Shown in pieces: positions 35,634 to 47,881 of a stretch of 64,000 bases of DNA. Numbering within the stretch: position 1 is the stretch's first letter; each line of letters starts with the position of its first letter. The position numbers were made by a program, and so were the translations under genes. This DNA is from Candidatus Magasanikiibacteriota bacterium (GTDB lineage: Bacteria > Patescibacteriota > Patescibacteriia > Magasanikbacterales > UBA922): contig DMXO01000005.1 in assembly GCA_003482855.1 (NCBI GenBank), positions 227,719-291,718 of the forward strand. The letters are read 5' to 3'. The notes under the pieces are model-generated. The model saw only the letters and a list, made by a program, of their open reading frames with translations. It did no database searches and had not been told where the DNA came from.

Positions 35634-36149
35634 ATGCATGATGTTCAATCTAGTTTGACTGAGGAACAAAGAAAATTACTCGAAGCAACCTCTTTTAATT
35701 ATTTGAATAAGATTGGAACGATTAGAAATACTTTGGCTACCTTAGCACTTCAGATGCGTGAGGAAGGCAACCTAGACAATGTGGTAGTTGGATGGTTTAG
35801 AGAGGGAATTAGTGTCTTGAAAAGTCGGATTGATGGAAATATATCTTTAATATCGCGGTCACCTCTCGTGGCACAGCCAGACGTTGCTGTAATCCTTGAT
35901 ATTCATGAACTAATCAAAGAACAAGTCGATAAATTGGATGCCGCATTGGATGATGACATAATAGAAATAGTTAAAAATTTTGAAACAGGATCAGAAAAAG
36001 ATTTAAAAAGTATATTTGATGAGTTAGTTATCCAAGGGAGAAGAATGAAGGGGGTAGAATTATTTGAAATATATTATCGAGAAACAGAATTTGGTATGCA
36101 TGGAAATGAAGGTAACCAACGATTAACTAATGGTAATTATCACGCTTAA
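35634..36149 (+). CDS. hypothetical protein inserted in the atp operon between atpH and atpA
   Basis: 171 aa, acidic, no recognisable motif. Tight spacing (15 nt after atpH, 21 nt before atpA) indicates co-transcription. Confidence 0.5.
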   Translation: MHDVQSSLTEEQRKLLEATSFNYLNKIGTIRNTLATLALQMREEGNLDNVVVGWFREGISVLKSRIDGNISLISRSPLVAQPDVAVILDIHELIKEQVDKLDAALDDDIIEIVKNFETGSEKDLKSIFDELVIQGRRMKGVELFEIYYRETEFGMHGNEGNQRLTNGNYHA

Positions 36150-36170
36150 AAATAAATATTATAATAATAT

Positions 36171-37661
36171 ATGTCTACAAATCAAATCGTTGAAGAACTC
36201 AAAAAACACATTAGTGCATTTGAAAAAAATATTGAGGTTGAAGAAGTCGGGGCTGTCATTGAAGTTGGAGATGGCATTGCTCGCATGAGTGGTCTAACCA
36301 AATGTCAGGCGCAAGAAATGTTGGAATTCCCTGGCGGTATTCTTGGCGTCGCCTTGAATTTGGAAGAAGAGACAGTTGGTGCCATGATTTTGGGTGAATA
36401 CAAAGGTATTAAAGAAGGAGATATAGTCAAGCGTACCGGACGTATTTTATCCGTTCCAGTAGGTGAACAAATGGTTGGTCGCGTAGTGAATGCATTGGGA
36501 CAAGAAATTGATGGCAAGGGCGAAATAAAAACAAAACAATTTTACCCCGTAGAAAAAATTGCTCCGGGAGTTATGACACGTGAAGGAGTGCATGAGCCAG
36601 TACAGACAGGTATCAAAGCGATTGATGCTATGATTCCTATTGGACGTGGACAACGCGAGCTTATTATTGGTGATCGACAGACAGGCAAGACAGCTATTGC
36701 TATAGATGCAATTATCAATCAAAAAGGACAAAACATGAAGTGTATTTATGTCGCAGTCGGACAAAAAGAAAGTAAAGTTGCTCGTATTGTTGCGAAACTT
36801 CAAGAAACCGGCGCAATGGAATATACAACGGTAGTGGTTGCAGGCGCGAGTGATCCTGCCTCTATGTCATTTATTGCACCATATGCGGGGGTTGCTATGG
36901 CAGAATACTTTGCTGACAAAGGTGAGGATGTCTTGATTATTTATGATGACTTGACCAAACAGGCATGGGCATATCGTGAAATTTCTTTGCTCTTGCGTCG
37001 TCCACCTGGTCGTGAAGCTTATCCAGGTGATGTATTTTACCTCCATTCACGTCTTCTCGAGCGTGCGTGCAAACTTAATAAGGAAAATGGGGGAGGATCA
37101 ATTACAGCATTACCAATTATTGAAACACAAGCAGGGGATGTGACCGCATATATTCCTACCAATGTTATCTCTATTACTGATGGCCAAATTTTTCTAGAAA
37201 CCGATCTATTTTACAAAGGTGTCCGTCCAGCTTTAAACATCGGTTTGTCTGTCTCACGTGTAGGTGGAGCTGCGCAAATAAAACCTATGAAAAAAGTGGC
37301 AGGTAAGGTGAAACTTGCTATGGCGCAATTCCGTGAACTTGAAGCTTTTGCACAGTTTGCAAGTGACTTGGATGCTGATACAAAAAAACAAATTGATTTG
37401 GGATATAGAATTACTGAACTCATGAAACAACCCCAATATTCTCCTATGGCTGTGGAAGAACAAGTTGCTGTTATTTTCGCGGCGAACAATGGCGTCTTTG
37501 ATAGTGTAGAAGTGAAAGCTGTTTCGGAGCATGAGAAAAAGCTTGTTGAATTTATGAACAAAACGAGACGTGCATTACTGGACAAAATTAAAGCAGGGGA
37601 ATGGGATGAAAAGATTGAGGGTGAATTGAGGGATGCGTGCGTAGAATTTAAGAAAAACTAA
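36171..37661 (+). CDS. atpA: F0F1 ATP synthase subunit alpha
   Basis: 496 aa. Walker A GDRQTGKT. Confidence 0.95.
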   Translation: MSTNQIVEELKKHISAFEKNIEVEEVGAVIEVGDGIARMSGLTKCQAQEMLEFPGGILGVALNLEEETVGAMILGEYKGIKEGDIVKRTGRILSVPVGEQMVGRVVNALGQEIDGKGEIKTKQFYPVEKIAPGVMTREGVHEPVQTGIKAIDAMIPIGRGQRELIIGDRQTGKTAIAIDAIINQKGQNMKCIYVAVGQKESKVARIVAKLQETGAMEYTTVVVAGASDPASMSFIAPYAGVAMAEYFADKGEDVLIIYDDLTKQAWAYREISLLLRRPPGREAYPGDVFYLHSRLLERACKLNKENGGGSITALPIIETQAGDVTAYIPTNVISITDGQIFLETDLFYKGVRPALNIGLSVSRVGGAAQIKPMKKVAGKVKLAMAQFRELEAFAQFASDLDADTKKQIDLGYRITELMKQPQYSPMAVEEQVAVIFAANNGVFDSVEVKAVSEHEKKLVEFMNKTRRALLDKIKAGEWDEKIEGELRDACVEFKKN

Positions 37662-37681
37662 TTCAAAAGACAATACGAAGT

Positions 37682-40040
<2,359 letters not shown>

Positions 40041-40048
40041 TATATCGT

Positions 40049-40477
40049 ATGGTTACAAATTTATTAAAACTCAAAATTGCCACACCTGAAAAAGTTGTCT
40101 ATGAGAATGATATTTTTCAAGTTTCTATCCCAACTACCACGGGTGAAATAACAGTACTTCCACATCATATCCCGCTCGTGTCCGTTCTTGTCGCTGGTGA
40201 ACTCAAGATTAAAGATTCACATGGTGACCATGTTATTGCTATTGCAGGAGGTTTTTTGGAAATTCGTGGTAATAATGAAATTATTTTGCTTGCAGACAAC
40301 GCAGAACGAGCTGAAGACATTGACATTGATCGTGCAGAACAAGCGCGACAGAGAGCACAAAAAGAAATGGAAGAAGCAAAAAACAGACAAGATATTGACT
40401 TTGCAAAACTACAAGCAGTGATAGATAGAGAAATGAACCGGGTGAGAGTAGGGAAAAAATATAAAAGCGTAAAATGA
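40049..40477 (+). CDS. atpC: F0F1 ATP synthase subunit epsilon
   Basis: 142 aa. Beta-sandwich N-domain and C-terminal helical hairpin. Confidence 0.85.
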   Translation: MVTNLLKLKIATPEKVVYENDIFQVSIPTTTGEITVLPHHIPLVSVLVAGELKIKDSHGDHVIAIAGGFLEIRGNNEIILLADNAERAEDIDIDRAEQARQRAQKEMEEAKNRQDIDFAKLQAVIDREMNRVRVGKKYKSVK

Positions 40478-40502
40478 TTTTTTATTAGAATATAGTCAAA
40501 TT

Positions 40503-40724
40503 ATGAAACATGAATTTGGTATAAAGAGTTTTTTTGTAGAGGTTTCTTTGACTATGTTCCTATTGCTGACTAACGTTTTCATGGGATTTTTCACTCATGA
40601 GAATTTAGCACAGCAAGATTCATTGATATACAGAATTGAAAATACCTTGACTATACAGAATATTCTTATAGCATTTGTTGCAGGCGTTATTGCTTATATT
40701 GTCATACAATCTATACGCAAGTGA
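40503..40724 (+). CDS. hypothetical small membrane protein
   Basis: 73 aa, two hydrophobic segments. Confidence 0.35.
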   Translation: MKHEFGIKSFFVEVSLTMFLLLTNVFMGFFTHENLAQQDSLIYRIENTLTIQNILIAFVAGVIAYIVIQSIRK

Positions 40725-40746
40725 TATTATTTATTAACAAAAATAC

Positions 40747-40775
40747 TTGATATTTTTATTACATACGCGTATACT
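40747..40775 (+). promoter_or_regulatory. sigma70-like promoter TTGATA-17-TATACT
   Basis: 37 nt upstream of the ATG at 40812. Confidence 0.45.
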
Positions 40776-40811
40776 ATAGCGTATTAATTTTTTTATATTA
40801 TCCAGTATAAT

Positions 40812-42218
40812 ATGAGTGAAGTAATAAATGAAAAAAAACAATGGAGACATATCTTGCAGGAAGCAATAACTTTTTCTTGGCTGGCATGGAGTGCATTATT
40901 TGCTTTTATCGCAGTAGAGTTGTCTGATGGCAATAAACTGATAGCTGGTGGATTGATTCTTGCTGCTGCGGTGCTTGCCATGAATGGTCTTGCACGCACA
41001 GATTTTTGGCTTACAGCACACGGCCCTGTATGGTGGAGAGAACATAAGTATCTACGTGTTTTTCATCACATTACCAATGAAGGTGAGTTAGCAGGTATAT
41101 TTATTGGTGTGATTGCCCTCGTATTGTTATATGCAAGTGGGCAGGCAGAACATATTCATTTTCCTTATAGAGAAGCTTTCACGTTACTTGGTATTATGTC
41201 TACTGCAAATCTTGCGGTCAGACATATGATACCTGTCATGGGATTACTTGAGAAGATTGGTGGATCACGACTGGTAATTATTGGGGGTTCGCTTCTTGCA
41301 TCACTTACTGGAGAGCCTGCAGCAAGTGTATTTTTGGCTGAGTATCTCAAAAAACGTGTATCTGGAGAAAATAAATCTAAATTAGCAACTGGTCTTGCTG
41401 CAACAATTGGCTCTGGTGGGGGATTAATGCCGTTTGCTGCGCCTCCAATCCTTATCGTTTGGGGCGTCCTATCAAGTAAATTTGGTTGGGGCATTCCACA
41501 ACTTATTGGTTTTGCAGGCATTGGTTGTGTAGCTCATGTTATATTTTCTACATTGCGCTTTTATAAATTGATTGAAAAAGAAAATCATCCACCACAAAAA
41601 TTTGAATCAAAAGGAATTTTTTATCTGTCTTTACTTGCCATCATTGTATTGTGGCATATTTTTTATCCAGGAATGTTGTTATGGATAGTTGATGCAATTA
41701 TAGGTGTCATCTCTTGGATTACCGCATACAAAAAGTATAAAAATTGCGGTGAAGAAGATAGAGAAGAGGCCTTCACGGCAAAATGGCAGCCGGTTATTCT
41801 TGCGATATTGCTTGTAGCTTTGGAGATCATTGGACATGTGGCTGATCCACTTATTGAATTTATCGCTCATCAAATACCAACAGCATGGCCTCCACTCGTA
41901 ATTGCTATAGCCTTATTTTTTATGACAGCATGGGTGTCTCATGTTGCGGATAATGCACTTGCTAGTCGCGTATTTATCATGATACCTGTTGCCCTCATAC
42001 CTGTGCTTGGTCCAGAGGTTGCCGCTATGGTGGCGGCGAGTGTAGTTATGGGTGCATTATTTGGTGGTTTCATTATGATTCCTGCAAATTTACCAAATTT
42101 TTATCTTGCTCGTGCTTTTAAAGTTTCACCAGGTGCATGGATACGAGTTTCATGGAAATTATATATCACGGTATTGGCCTATATAGGATGGATTGTTGTA
42201 AAGTTTTTTATAGTCTAG
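40812..42218 (+). CDS. hypothetical polytopic membrane (transporter-like) protein
   Basis: 468 aa, about 12 TM helices, Gly-rich re-entrant-like segment GSGGGLMPFAAPPIL. Confidence 0.45.
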   Translation: MSEVINEKKQWRHILQEAITFSWLAWSALFAFIAVELSDGNKLIAGGLILAAAVLAMNGLARTDFWLTAHGPVWWREHKYLRVFHHITNEGELAGIFIGVIALVLLYASGQAEHIHFPYREAFTLLGIMSTANLAVRHMIPVMGLLEKIGGSRLVIIGGSLLASLTGEPAASVFLAEYLKKRVSGENKSKLATGLAATIGSGGGLMPFAAPPILIVWGVLSSKFGWGIPQLIGFAGIGCVAHVIFSTLRFYKLIEKENHPPQKFESKGIFYLSLLAIIVLWHIFYPGMLLWIVDAIIGVISWITAYKKYKNCGEEDREEAFTAKWQPVILAILLVALEIIGHVADPLIEFIAHQIPTAWPPLVIAIALFFMTAWVSHVADNALASRVFIMIPVALIPVLGPEVAAMVAASVVMGALFGGFIMIPANLPNFYLARAFKVSPGAWIRVSWKLYITVLAYIGWIVVKFFIV

Positions 42219-42288
42219 TTATATTGTTTTACTCATCAAAATCTAGTATAATAAAGCCGTCTGTACCAAGTCGGTTTTATTATTTCAT

Positions 42289-42915
42289 ATGCATACACGT
42301 TATATTGTTCGTTCCATTGCTCATTACCGAATGAATGTCGTAGTAAAAATTCTCATTATATCTGATTTTATCGGTTTTTTAGCAATCGAGCTATGTACGC
42401 CAATCTTTGCGTTGTTTGTGGTAGATGCCATTCCTAATACAGATATTACGGTAGTTGGTATATCAGCTTCCCTGTTTTTGCTTTCAAAATCAATCTTTGA
42501 AGTTCCTATTGGTATGTTTATTGATAAGACACGTTCAGAAAAAGACGATTTATTTTTTGCATGTCTTGGAGTGCTATTGATTGGGATTGGTTATCTATGC
42601 TATATATTTATTCATTCAATCTCACAACTATATATACTTCAGATATTTTTAGGCTTTGCAAGTGCCATCTCATACCCTGGATGGTGCACCATTTTTACAC
42701 ATCATTTGGATAAAGGGAAGGAAGGATTTGAATGGAGTATGTATGACGTGTTAACAGGTCTTGGTATGGCTGCAGCGGCTGCTCTTGGTGGTTTAATTGC
42801 AAGTGTATTTGGCTTTTCATTTTTATTTATAATCATTTTTATATTGTCTGTGTTGAGTGCGTTATTGTTACTTACCATATCAAAACAAATTTTTTTATAT
42901 AAAAATAAACAATAA
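42289..42915 (+). CDS. MFS-type half transporter (6 TM) or truncated MFS
   Basis: 208 aa resembling the C-terminal 6-TM half of an MFS permease. Confidence 0.4.
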   Translation: MHTRYIVRSIAHYRMNVVVKILIISDFIGFLAIELCTPIFALFVVDAIPNTDITVVGISASLFLLSKSIFEVPIGMFIDKTRSEKDDLFFACLGVLLIGIGYLCYIFIHSISQLYILQIFLGFASAISYPGWCTIFTHHLDKGKEGFEWSMYDVLTGLGMAAAAALGGLIASVFGFSFLFIIIFILSVLSALLLLTISKQIFLYKNKQ

Positions 42916-42951
42916 AACGATACATACCGCATTTGAATTTTAGTTTTTCGT

Positions 42952-43374
42952 ATGCCTCTCTCATGTTCGTCAGCCCTTATCTGTTGTATGGATTTCCGCC
43001 TAACCTCTGCTTTGCATGCATGGATGGAAAAAGAGGGGATTATGGATGACTGTGATGTTATCTCCGTTGCTGGAATTAGCAAAGCTATAGCTGAAGACAA
43101 AGAATCTAATGATGCTAAGTTTATATTGAAACAGATAGAACTATCATCAAAATTACATGACATTAAAACACTATATTTAATCCATCACACAGACTGTGGT
43201 GCATATGGCGGTCATAACGCATTTCAAAGTATTGATACCGAGAAACAAACATATATACATGATATGGAAAAGGTCAAGAAAGTTATTCATGAGAGCTTTT
43301 CTGGGCTAAAAATTAGATGTATTCTTGCTGAAATGCATTCACCAGAAAATATACAGTTTGTATCACTTAATTAG
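42952..43374 (+). CDS. beta-carbonic-anhydrase-like small protein (CxDxR...HxxC motifs)
   Basis: 140 aa. CMDFR at residue 12 and HHTDCGA at ~78, with beta-CA-like spacing. Confidence 0.35.
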   Translation: MPLSCSSALICCMDFRLTSALHAWMEKEGIMDDCDVISVAGISKAIAEDKESNDAKFILKQIELSSKLHDIKTLYLIHHTDCGAYGGHNAFQSIDTEKQTYIHDMEKVKKVIHESFSGLKIRCILAEMHSPENIQFVSLN

Positions 43375-43401
43375 TTTTAATTATTTAAATCACCAATCTC
43401 T

Positions 43402-43866
43402 ATGGGGCCAGAAATTATTAGTTATATCGCTCTAGGATTTATTATTGTCATAGGTTTTTTTATCGTACGCGCTGCTTTCAAATTACATGAAAAAAATTAT
43501 CCATTGGAAGATGGAGAAAAAAAATTGTACGAAGAGTCGGATGTAAGATTCGAAACACATCTCAACGGAGAAACAACTATACGTAAAGTTCGCGTACGTA
43601 TCACTGATAGGCGTCTATTTATCTTTTCTCATGGCGAATATTTATACGCTGTGATATATGTTGATGGTCGAGCTGCAGACAAGACAAGAGATCATCTAAA
43701 AGGGGTGGAACATATTCCACGCACTTCCTTCAAAGTGGAGCATCATGAGAAGCGTAATGTCGATGTTTTGGTCGTCGAACATGCAAATATTATTGGTTTA
43801 CCTATGCGCTATACTTTTTTTATGGCAGGGGTTCAAGATGCTGCTAAAGCTCTGGGTATAGTGTAA
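43402..43866 (+). CDS. hypothetical membrane-anchored protein
   Basis: 154 aa, N-terminal TM. Confidence 0.4.
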   Translation: MGPEIISYIALGFIIVIGFFIVRAAFKLHEKNYPLEDGEKKLYEESDVRFETHLNGETTIRKVRVRITDRRLFIFSHGEYLYAVIYVDGRAADKTRDHLKGVEHIPRTSFKVEHHEKRNVDVLVVEHANIIGLPMRYTFFMAGVQDAAKALGIV

Positions 43867-43898
43867 CATTTCTTTATATTATGCGTCTTCTATATGAG

Positions 43899-43930
43899 AA
43901 GCCCGCTCACTGCGGGTTTAGGTGTTTTTT
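43899..43930 (+). terminator. intrinsic terminator
   Basis: CCCGC-tcact-GCGGG followed by a T-rich run. Confidence 0.5.
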
Positions 43931-45679
43931 ATGAAATATAATACAAAATTGACATTCAAAATATTTTGGCAACATGCAAGCCGTTATAAATTGGCTATGT
44001 TTGTACTGAGTACAACCATTATTATGGCTGGCAGTCTTGCTATTATTGAGCCTCTTTTTTACAAGAAATTTTTTGATGTACTTGTTGCTGGAGGATCTCG
44101 TGAAGTGCTTGTTTCGTTGTTGGGGACTATTTTGACTTTATATCTTATTGAGTGGGCATTGTGGCGAATTGCTGGTTTTATAAATAGTTATTTTCAGACA
44201 CGCGTAATGGGTGATTTATCTATTACTTGTTTTAACTATTTACACAAACATTCTTTTAGTTTTTTCAATAATAATTTTGTTGGCTCACTGGTTAAACGAG
44301 TAAACCGTTTTTACCACGCCTTTGAAGGTGTTGCTGATGCCTGTACATGGGATTTATTGCCAATTATTGTTGATGTCATTCTAGTTATTATTGTATTGTC
44401 TACGCGCAGTCCTTTTTTGGGTGTGGGATTGGGTATATGGGTTACAATTTTTTGCCTTGTCAATTATGCATTTAGCAGATACAAACTTAAGTATGATGTA
44501 GAGCGTAGTGAAATGGATAGCAAAGTTACGGGGATATTGGCAGATACGATTACCAATCATTCAAATGTTAAGTTATTTGTTGGATACGATAGAGAGAAAA
44601 AATATTTTGAGAGAATGACACGTATACTCAACAAGATGAGGAAATTTACATGGGATATATCGAGTGTTTTTGAAGCTTTTCAAATGCTACTCATGATATG
44701 TTTGGAAATAGGTATATTTTATTTTGCTATTTCTCTATGGGAAAAAGGTGTTTTGACAGTTGGTGATTTTGTGCTCATCCAAGCTTATTTGTTACGTGTG
44801 TTTATGAAATTGTGGGACGTAGGCCGCATCATTAGACGTTTTTATGAACATCTGGCCGACGCAGAAGAAATGACTGAAATACTTGATCAACCCCATGATA
44901 TTTTAGATGTAAAAAATGCAAAAAGGCTTGTAGTCTCAAATGGACAAATTGAGTACAGAAATGTAAATTTTTATTACCACAAGACTAGAAAAATTATTGA
45001 CCATTTCAACTTGACTATACATCCGCAAGAAAAGATAGCTTTTGTTGGACCATCAGGAGCTGGTAAATCTACTATTGTTAAATTATTGCTACGGCAACAC
45101 GATATCACTGATGGTACAATAGAAATAGATAACCAACGAATTTCTCATATTACTCAAGAAAGTCTCTGGGAAAATATCAGTCTTGTACCTCAAGATCCTA
45201 TACTTTTCCATAGGACGCTTATGGAAAATATTCGTTATGGCAGACCAGACGCGACGGATGGAGAAGTGAAAGATGCTGCAAAAAAAGCGCATTGTCATGA
45301 ATTTATTAATGAATTTCCAGAAAAATATGATACATATGTCGGTGAGCGTGGTGTTAAGTTGTCTGGTGGAGAACGCCAAAGAGTCGCTATCGCCCGTGCA
45401 ATCTTGCGCAATGCCCCAATTCTTGTGTTAGATGAAGCAACGAGTAGTCTTGATTCTGGGTCAGAAAAAATGATCCAGGATGGTCTTGATGTACTTATGA
45501 AAGGAAAGACAGTCATCGTAGTCGCGCATAGATTGTCTACCATCATGCGTATGGATCGTATTGTGGTCATAGATCATGGCAAAGTAATGGAAGAGGGAAC
45601 ACATGTAGAACTTCTGAAAAAGAAGAAAGGCCTTTATAGCAAGCTGTGGAAATTGCAGGCTGGTGGTTTTATAGAGTAA
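43931..45679 (+). CDS. ABC transporter permease/ATPase (MsbA-like exporter)
   Basis: 6-TM domain and NBD. Walker A GPSGAGKST, LSGGERQRVAIARA. Start reassigned from the GTG at 43922 to ATG 43931. Confidence 0.85.
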   Translation: MKYNTKLTFKIFWQHASRYKLAMFVLSTTIIMAGSLAIIEPLFYKKFFDVLVAGGSREVLVSLLGTILTLYLIEWALWRIAGFINSYFQTRVMGDLSITCFNYLHKHSFSFFNNNFVGSLVKRVNRFYHAFEGVADACTWDLLPIIVDVILVIIVLSTRSPFLGVGLGIWVTIFCLVNYAFSRYKLKYDVERSEMDSKVTGILADTITNHSNVKLFVGYDREKKYFERMTRILNKMRKFTWDISSVFEAFQMLLMICLEIGIFYFAISLWEKGVLTVGDFVLIQAYLLRVFMKLWDVGRIIRRFYEHLADAEEMTEILDQPHDILDVKNAKRLVVSNGQIEYRNVNFYYHKTRKIIDHFNLTIHPQEKIAFVGPSGAGKSTIVKLLLRQHDITDGTIEIDNQRISHITQESLWENISLVPQDPILFHRTLMENIRYGRPDATDGEVKDAAKKAHCHEFINEFPEKYDTYVGERGVKLSGGERQRVAIARAILRNAPILVLDEATSSLDSGSEKMIQDGLDVLMKGKTVIVVAHRLSTIMRMDRIVVIDHGKVMEEGTHVELLKKKKGLYSKLWKLQAGGFIE

Positions 45680-45721
45680 GTGATATACTTATCTCATATC
45701 ATACATCTAACATAAACTTAT

Positions 45722-45865
45722 ATGGAATGTGAAAAATGTGGGGTAGAACTTACTGATGAAAATCACTGTTGTAGCGGTGGCACATGTTGCAAAGAGTGTT
45801 CACCAAATTGTAAAAGTGACGACTGTGGTCCTGAATGCCAGGAGTGTGGTTGTGGAGAAGAATAA
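45722..45865 (+). CDS. small cysteine-rich peptide (47 aa, 13 Cys), unannotated in ORF track
   Basis: MECEKCGVELTDENHCCSGGTCCKECSPNCKSDDCGPECQECGCGEE. Own intrinsic terminator at 45869-45900. Metallothionein-like, zinc-ribbon-like or a modified-peptide precursor. Confidence 0.5.
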   Translation: MECEKCGVELTDENHCCSGGTCCKECSPNCKSDDCGPECQECGCGEE

Positions 45866-45868
45866 TTT

Positions 45869-45900
45869 TATCACCCCATTTTTGGGGTGATTTTATTTTA
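45869..45900 (+). terminator. intrinsic terminator after the Cys-rich peptide gene
   Basis: TCACCCC-attttt-GGGGTGA followed by TTTTATTTT. Confidence 0.7.
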
Positions 45901-45914
45901 AATATTTAGTATAT

Positions 45915-46640
45915 ATGCGTTCATATTATTCAGTATTATTTTTTGGAGCTGTTCTTTTGTTTATGGGACAAAGTTGTACAGAAACATCTCAACCAACACA
46001 GACACCGGAAATAAATCCTAATGACCAAACATTAAACGTCGTATCTTCATTCGAAGAATGTATAAAAGCTGGTTACCCGGTAATGGAGAGTTCTCCGCGT
46101 CAATGCAAAACCCCCGAGGGGAAAAATTTTATTGAGGATATTATCCTAACACCTGTTGGACAAGAGGTTGTAAATACTGCACCCGAAGATACAATAGAAA
46201 CACCATCTGTAAAGAAGCCAGTAGCTCCTGTGGTAAAGCCAACTACTGTAGTTTTACCAGACGCCATATATTATGACGAAGAAGGTTTTCCATTAAATCC
46301 AGTGGAAATGCAAGAATTTACCAATTCAGCTGGCGTTCTTTTTTACTATGTTGAAGGTGAGTGGTTGCCGGAAGAATATGTATATCCTTATCGTGATGGT
46401 GATATTGATACTATTCCTTCACCCGATTATAATGATTCTGATATTCAAGAAGATTATACTGCAGACAGCCCATCACGTAGGTTACCCGATGTTCCCATTA
46501 TAATAGAAGAAGATGTTTATGTAGACCCAAATGCATGTTCATTTGAAGGGGATAGTTATACGTCTGGAGAAAATACATACTACTGCGTTGATGGTATTTG
46601 GACACACGAGGATTATGTTTATCCATATCAAAATTTATAA
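45915..46640 (+). CDS. hypothetical secreted protein with internal repeat G(E/I)W..E(E/D)YVYPY
   Basis: 241 aa, signal peptide, acidic. Two copies of the ...W..EEYVYPY... motif. Confidence 0.5.
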   Translation: MRSYYSVLFFGAVLLFMGQSCTETSQPTQTPEINPNDQTLNVVSSFEECIKAGYPVMESSPRQCKTPEGKNFIEDIILTPVGQEVVNTAPEDTIETPSVKKPVAPVVKPTTVVLPDAIYYDEEGFPLNPVEMQEFTNSAGVLFYYVEGEWLPEEYVYPYRDGDIDTIPSPDYNDSDIQEDYTADSPSRRLPDVPIIIEEDVYVDPNACSFEGDSYTSGENTYYCVDGIWTHEDYVYPYQNL

Positions 46641-46663
46641 AAATTAGTCTTTAATTTATATAT

Positions 46664-47614
46664 ATGCGTCTACGATACATGTATGTGTGGGGTATCTCTC
46701 TTTTGGGAGGATTATTAATGCTTGGTGCCGCATGCAGCCCAACAGCACCTGTTGAGGAACAAAATGCCAAACCTGAAACAGGCGGTGGCCAAGCTTGTAG
46801 CTACTATGTAAACGGAGTACAACAAAACTGGCGTTGTGAAAACGATCAGTGGTGTGGAACACAGTCTGGTGATTGTAGAGATGTACCATTTTGTAATGCA
46901 AATACTGATTGTACTACAAATCAAGTTTGTGTAAATGGGTATTGTGGACCTTCACAACAAACTAATCAGCAGGGCTCACCTTGCAGTTCAAATGAGCAGT
47001 GTATTTCAGGTAAATTATGTTCAAATGGTGTCTGCGTTCCTGCAGAACAAGTACTTCCATCTGATCCAAACACTGGCGAATTGCTTTGTAACTCAGATGC
47101 ACAGTGTTGGAATGGAAAAGTGTGTGTGGATAGCCATTGTGTAGTACCCACAACTCCCACAAGTGGGATAGGGTCTTCTTGTACTTCAGATGGTCAGTGT
47201 GGTACAGGAGTTGCTTGTTTTCAAGGGCGTTGTACCTCAGTTCCATCAAGTTGTAATTATCATCCTGAGTGTTTGAGCGATAATTTTGTGTGTTCAAATC
47301 ATACCTGCGTATGGCCTGGTCAAAGTGGACATACATGTAGTAACACAGATGGAGATAGATGGCATTGTCTGAATGCCCAGGCATGTGGAGGAGCATTAAA
47401 TGAATGTTTAACGCCAGGCTCGCCAACTCCCATTACTGAAATAAACTGTGCAAATGATAGCGACTGTGGAACGGGGAATAAATGTAATGGTTTCACTTGT
47501 TATACGCCACTTTACAATCCTTCTTCATGTACAACAGATGCACAGTGTGTAGAAAAGATGTCATTTTGCCAAAATAATGTATGTATCTTTGCCCCGGGAG
47601 GTAATGCGGATTGA
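46664..47614 (+). CDS. cysteine-rich lipoprotein with ~8 tandem 4-Cys modules (C-x4-[QED]C-x4-5-C-x3-C)
   Basis: 316 aa. Signal peptide with lipobox-like LMLGAAC. About 50 Cys. Module repeated, e.g. SPCSSNEQCISGKLCSNGVCVP, LLCNSDAQCWNGKVCVDSHCVVP, SSCTSDGQCGTGVACFQGRCTSV. Confidence 0.6.
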   Translation: MRLRYMYVWGISLLGGLLMLGAACSPTAPVEEQNAKPETGGGQACSYYVNGVQQNWRCENDQWCGTQSGDCRDVPFCNANTDCTTNQVCVNGYCGPSQQTNQQGSPCSSNEQCISGKLCSNGVCVPAEQVLPSDPNTGELLCNSDAQCWNGKVCVDSHCVVPTTPTSGIGSSCTSDGQCGTGVACFQGRCTSVPSSCNYHPECLSDNFVCSNHTCVWPGQSGHTCSNTDGDRWHCLNAQACGGALNECLTPGSPTPITEINCANDSDCGTGNKCNGFTCYTPLYNPSSCTTDAQCVEKMSFCQNNVCIFAPGGNAD

Positions 47615-47651
47615 TACATATAGTATTTACAAATATAATTCGAATAACAAC

Positions 47652-47682
47652 AAAAAAGGGCTGTACTACTGCCCTTTTTTTG
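47652..47682 (+). terminator. intrinsic terminator
   Basis: AGGGC-tgtactact-GCCCT followed by T7. Confidence 0.65.
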
Positions 47683-47881
47683 TTTAACATTGACAAGATA
47701 ATTTATATAATGCATACTATATTTGTATTAATTAATAACAGTATACATATGATCTGTCCTAGAAATTTAGGAGGCGGTGGCTGTGGTTGTTAATCAGTCT
47801 TGTACCGTGCGACAAAACCTCACAAAAAATTATGTGAGGTTTTGTTTGCCTATAGTTTTCAAAATTGATACAATTAAATTA

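Noticed and set aside
42289-42915. Calling the 208-aa MFS-like ORF a pseudogene
   Set aside because: Half-size 6-TM MFS-like proteins occur. There are no in-frame stops or frameshift remnants of an N-terminal half upstream (42219-42288 is AT-rich promoter-like sequence). Left as CDS with low confidence.
47736-47850. Possible leader peptide MICPRNLGGGGCGC followed by a hairpin terminator upstream of the FMN-reductase gene
   Set aside because: The 14-aa ORF has no RBS and the Cys/Gly codons derive from a GC-rich stem region. The hairpin AAACCTCACA..TGTGAGGTTT+T run is more simply the terminator of the upstream Cys-rich lipoprotein operon, or an attenuator. No riboswitch consensus (FMN, SAM) recognised.
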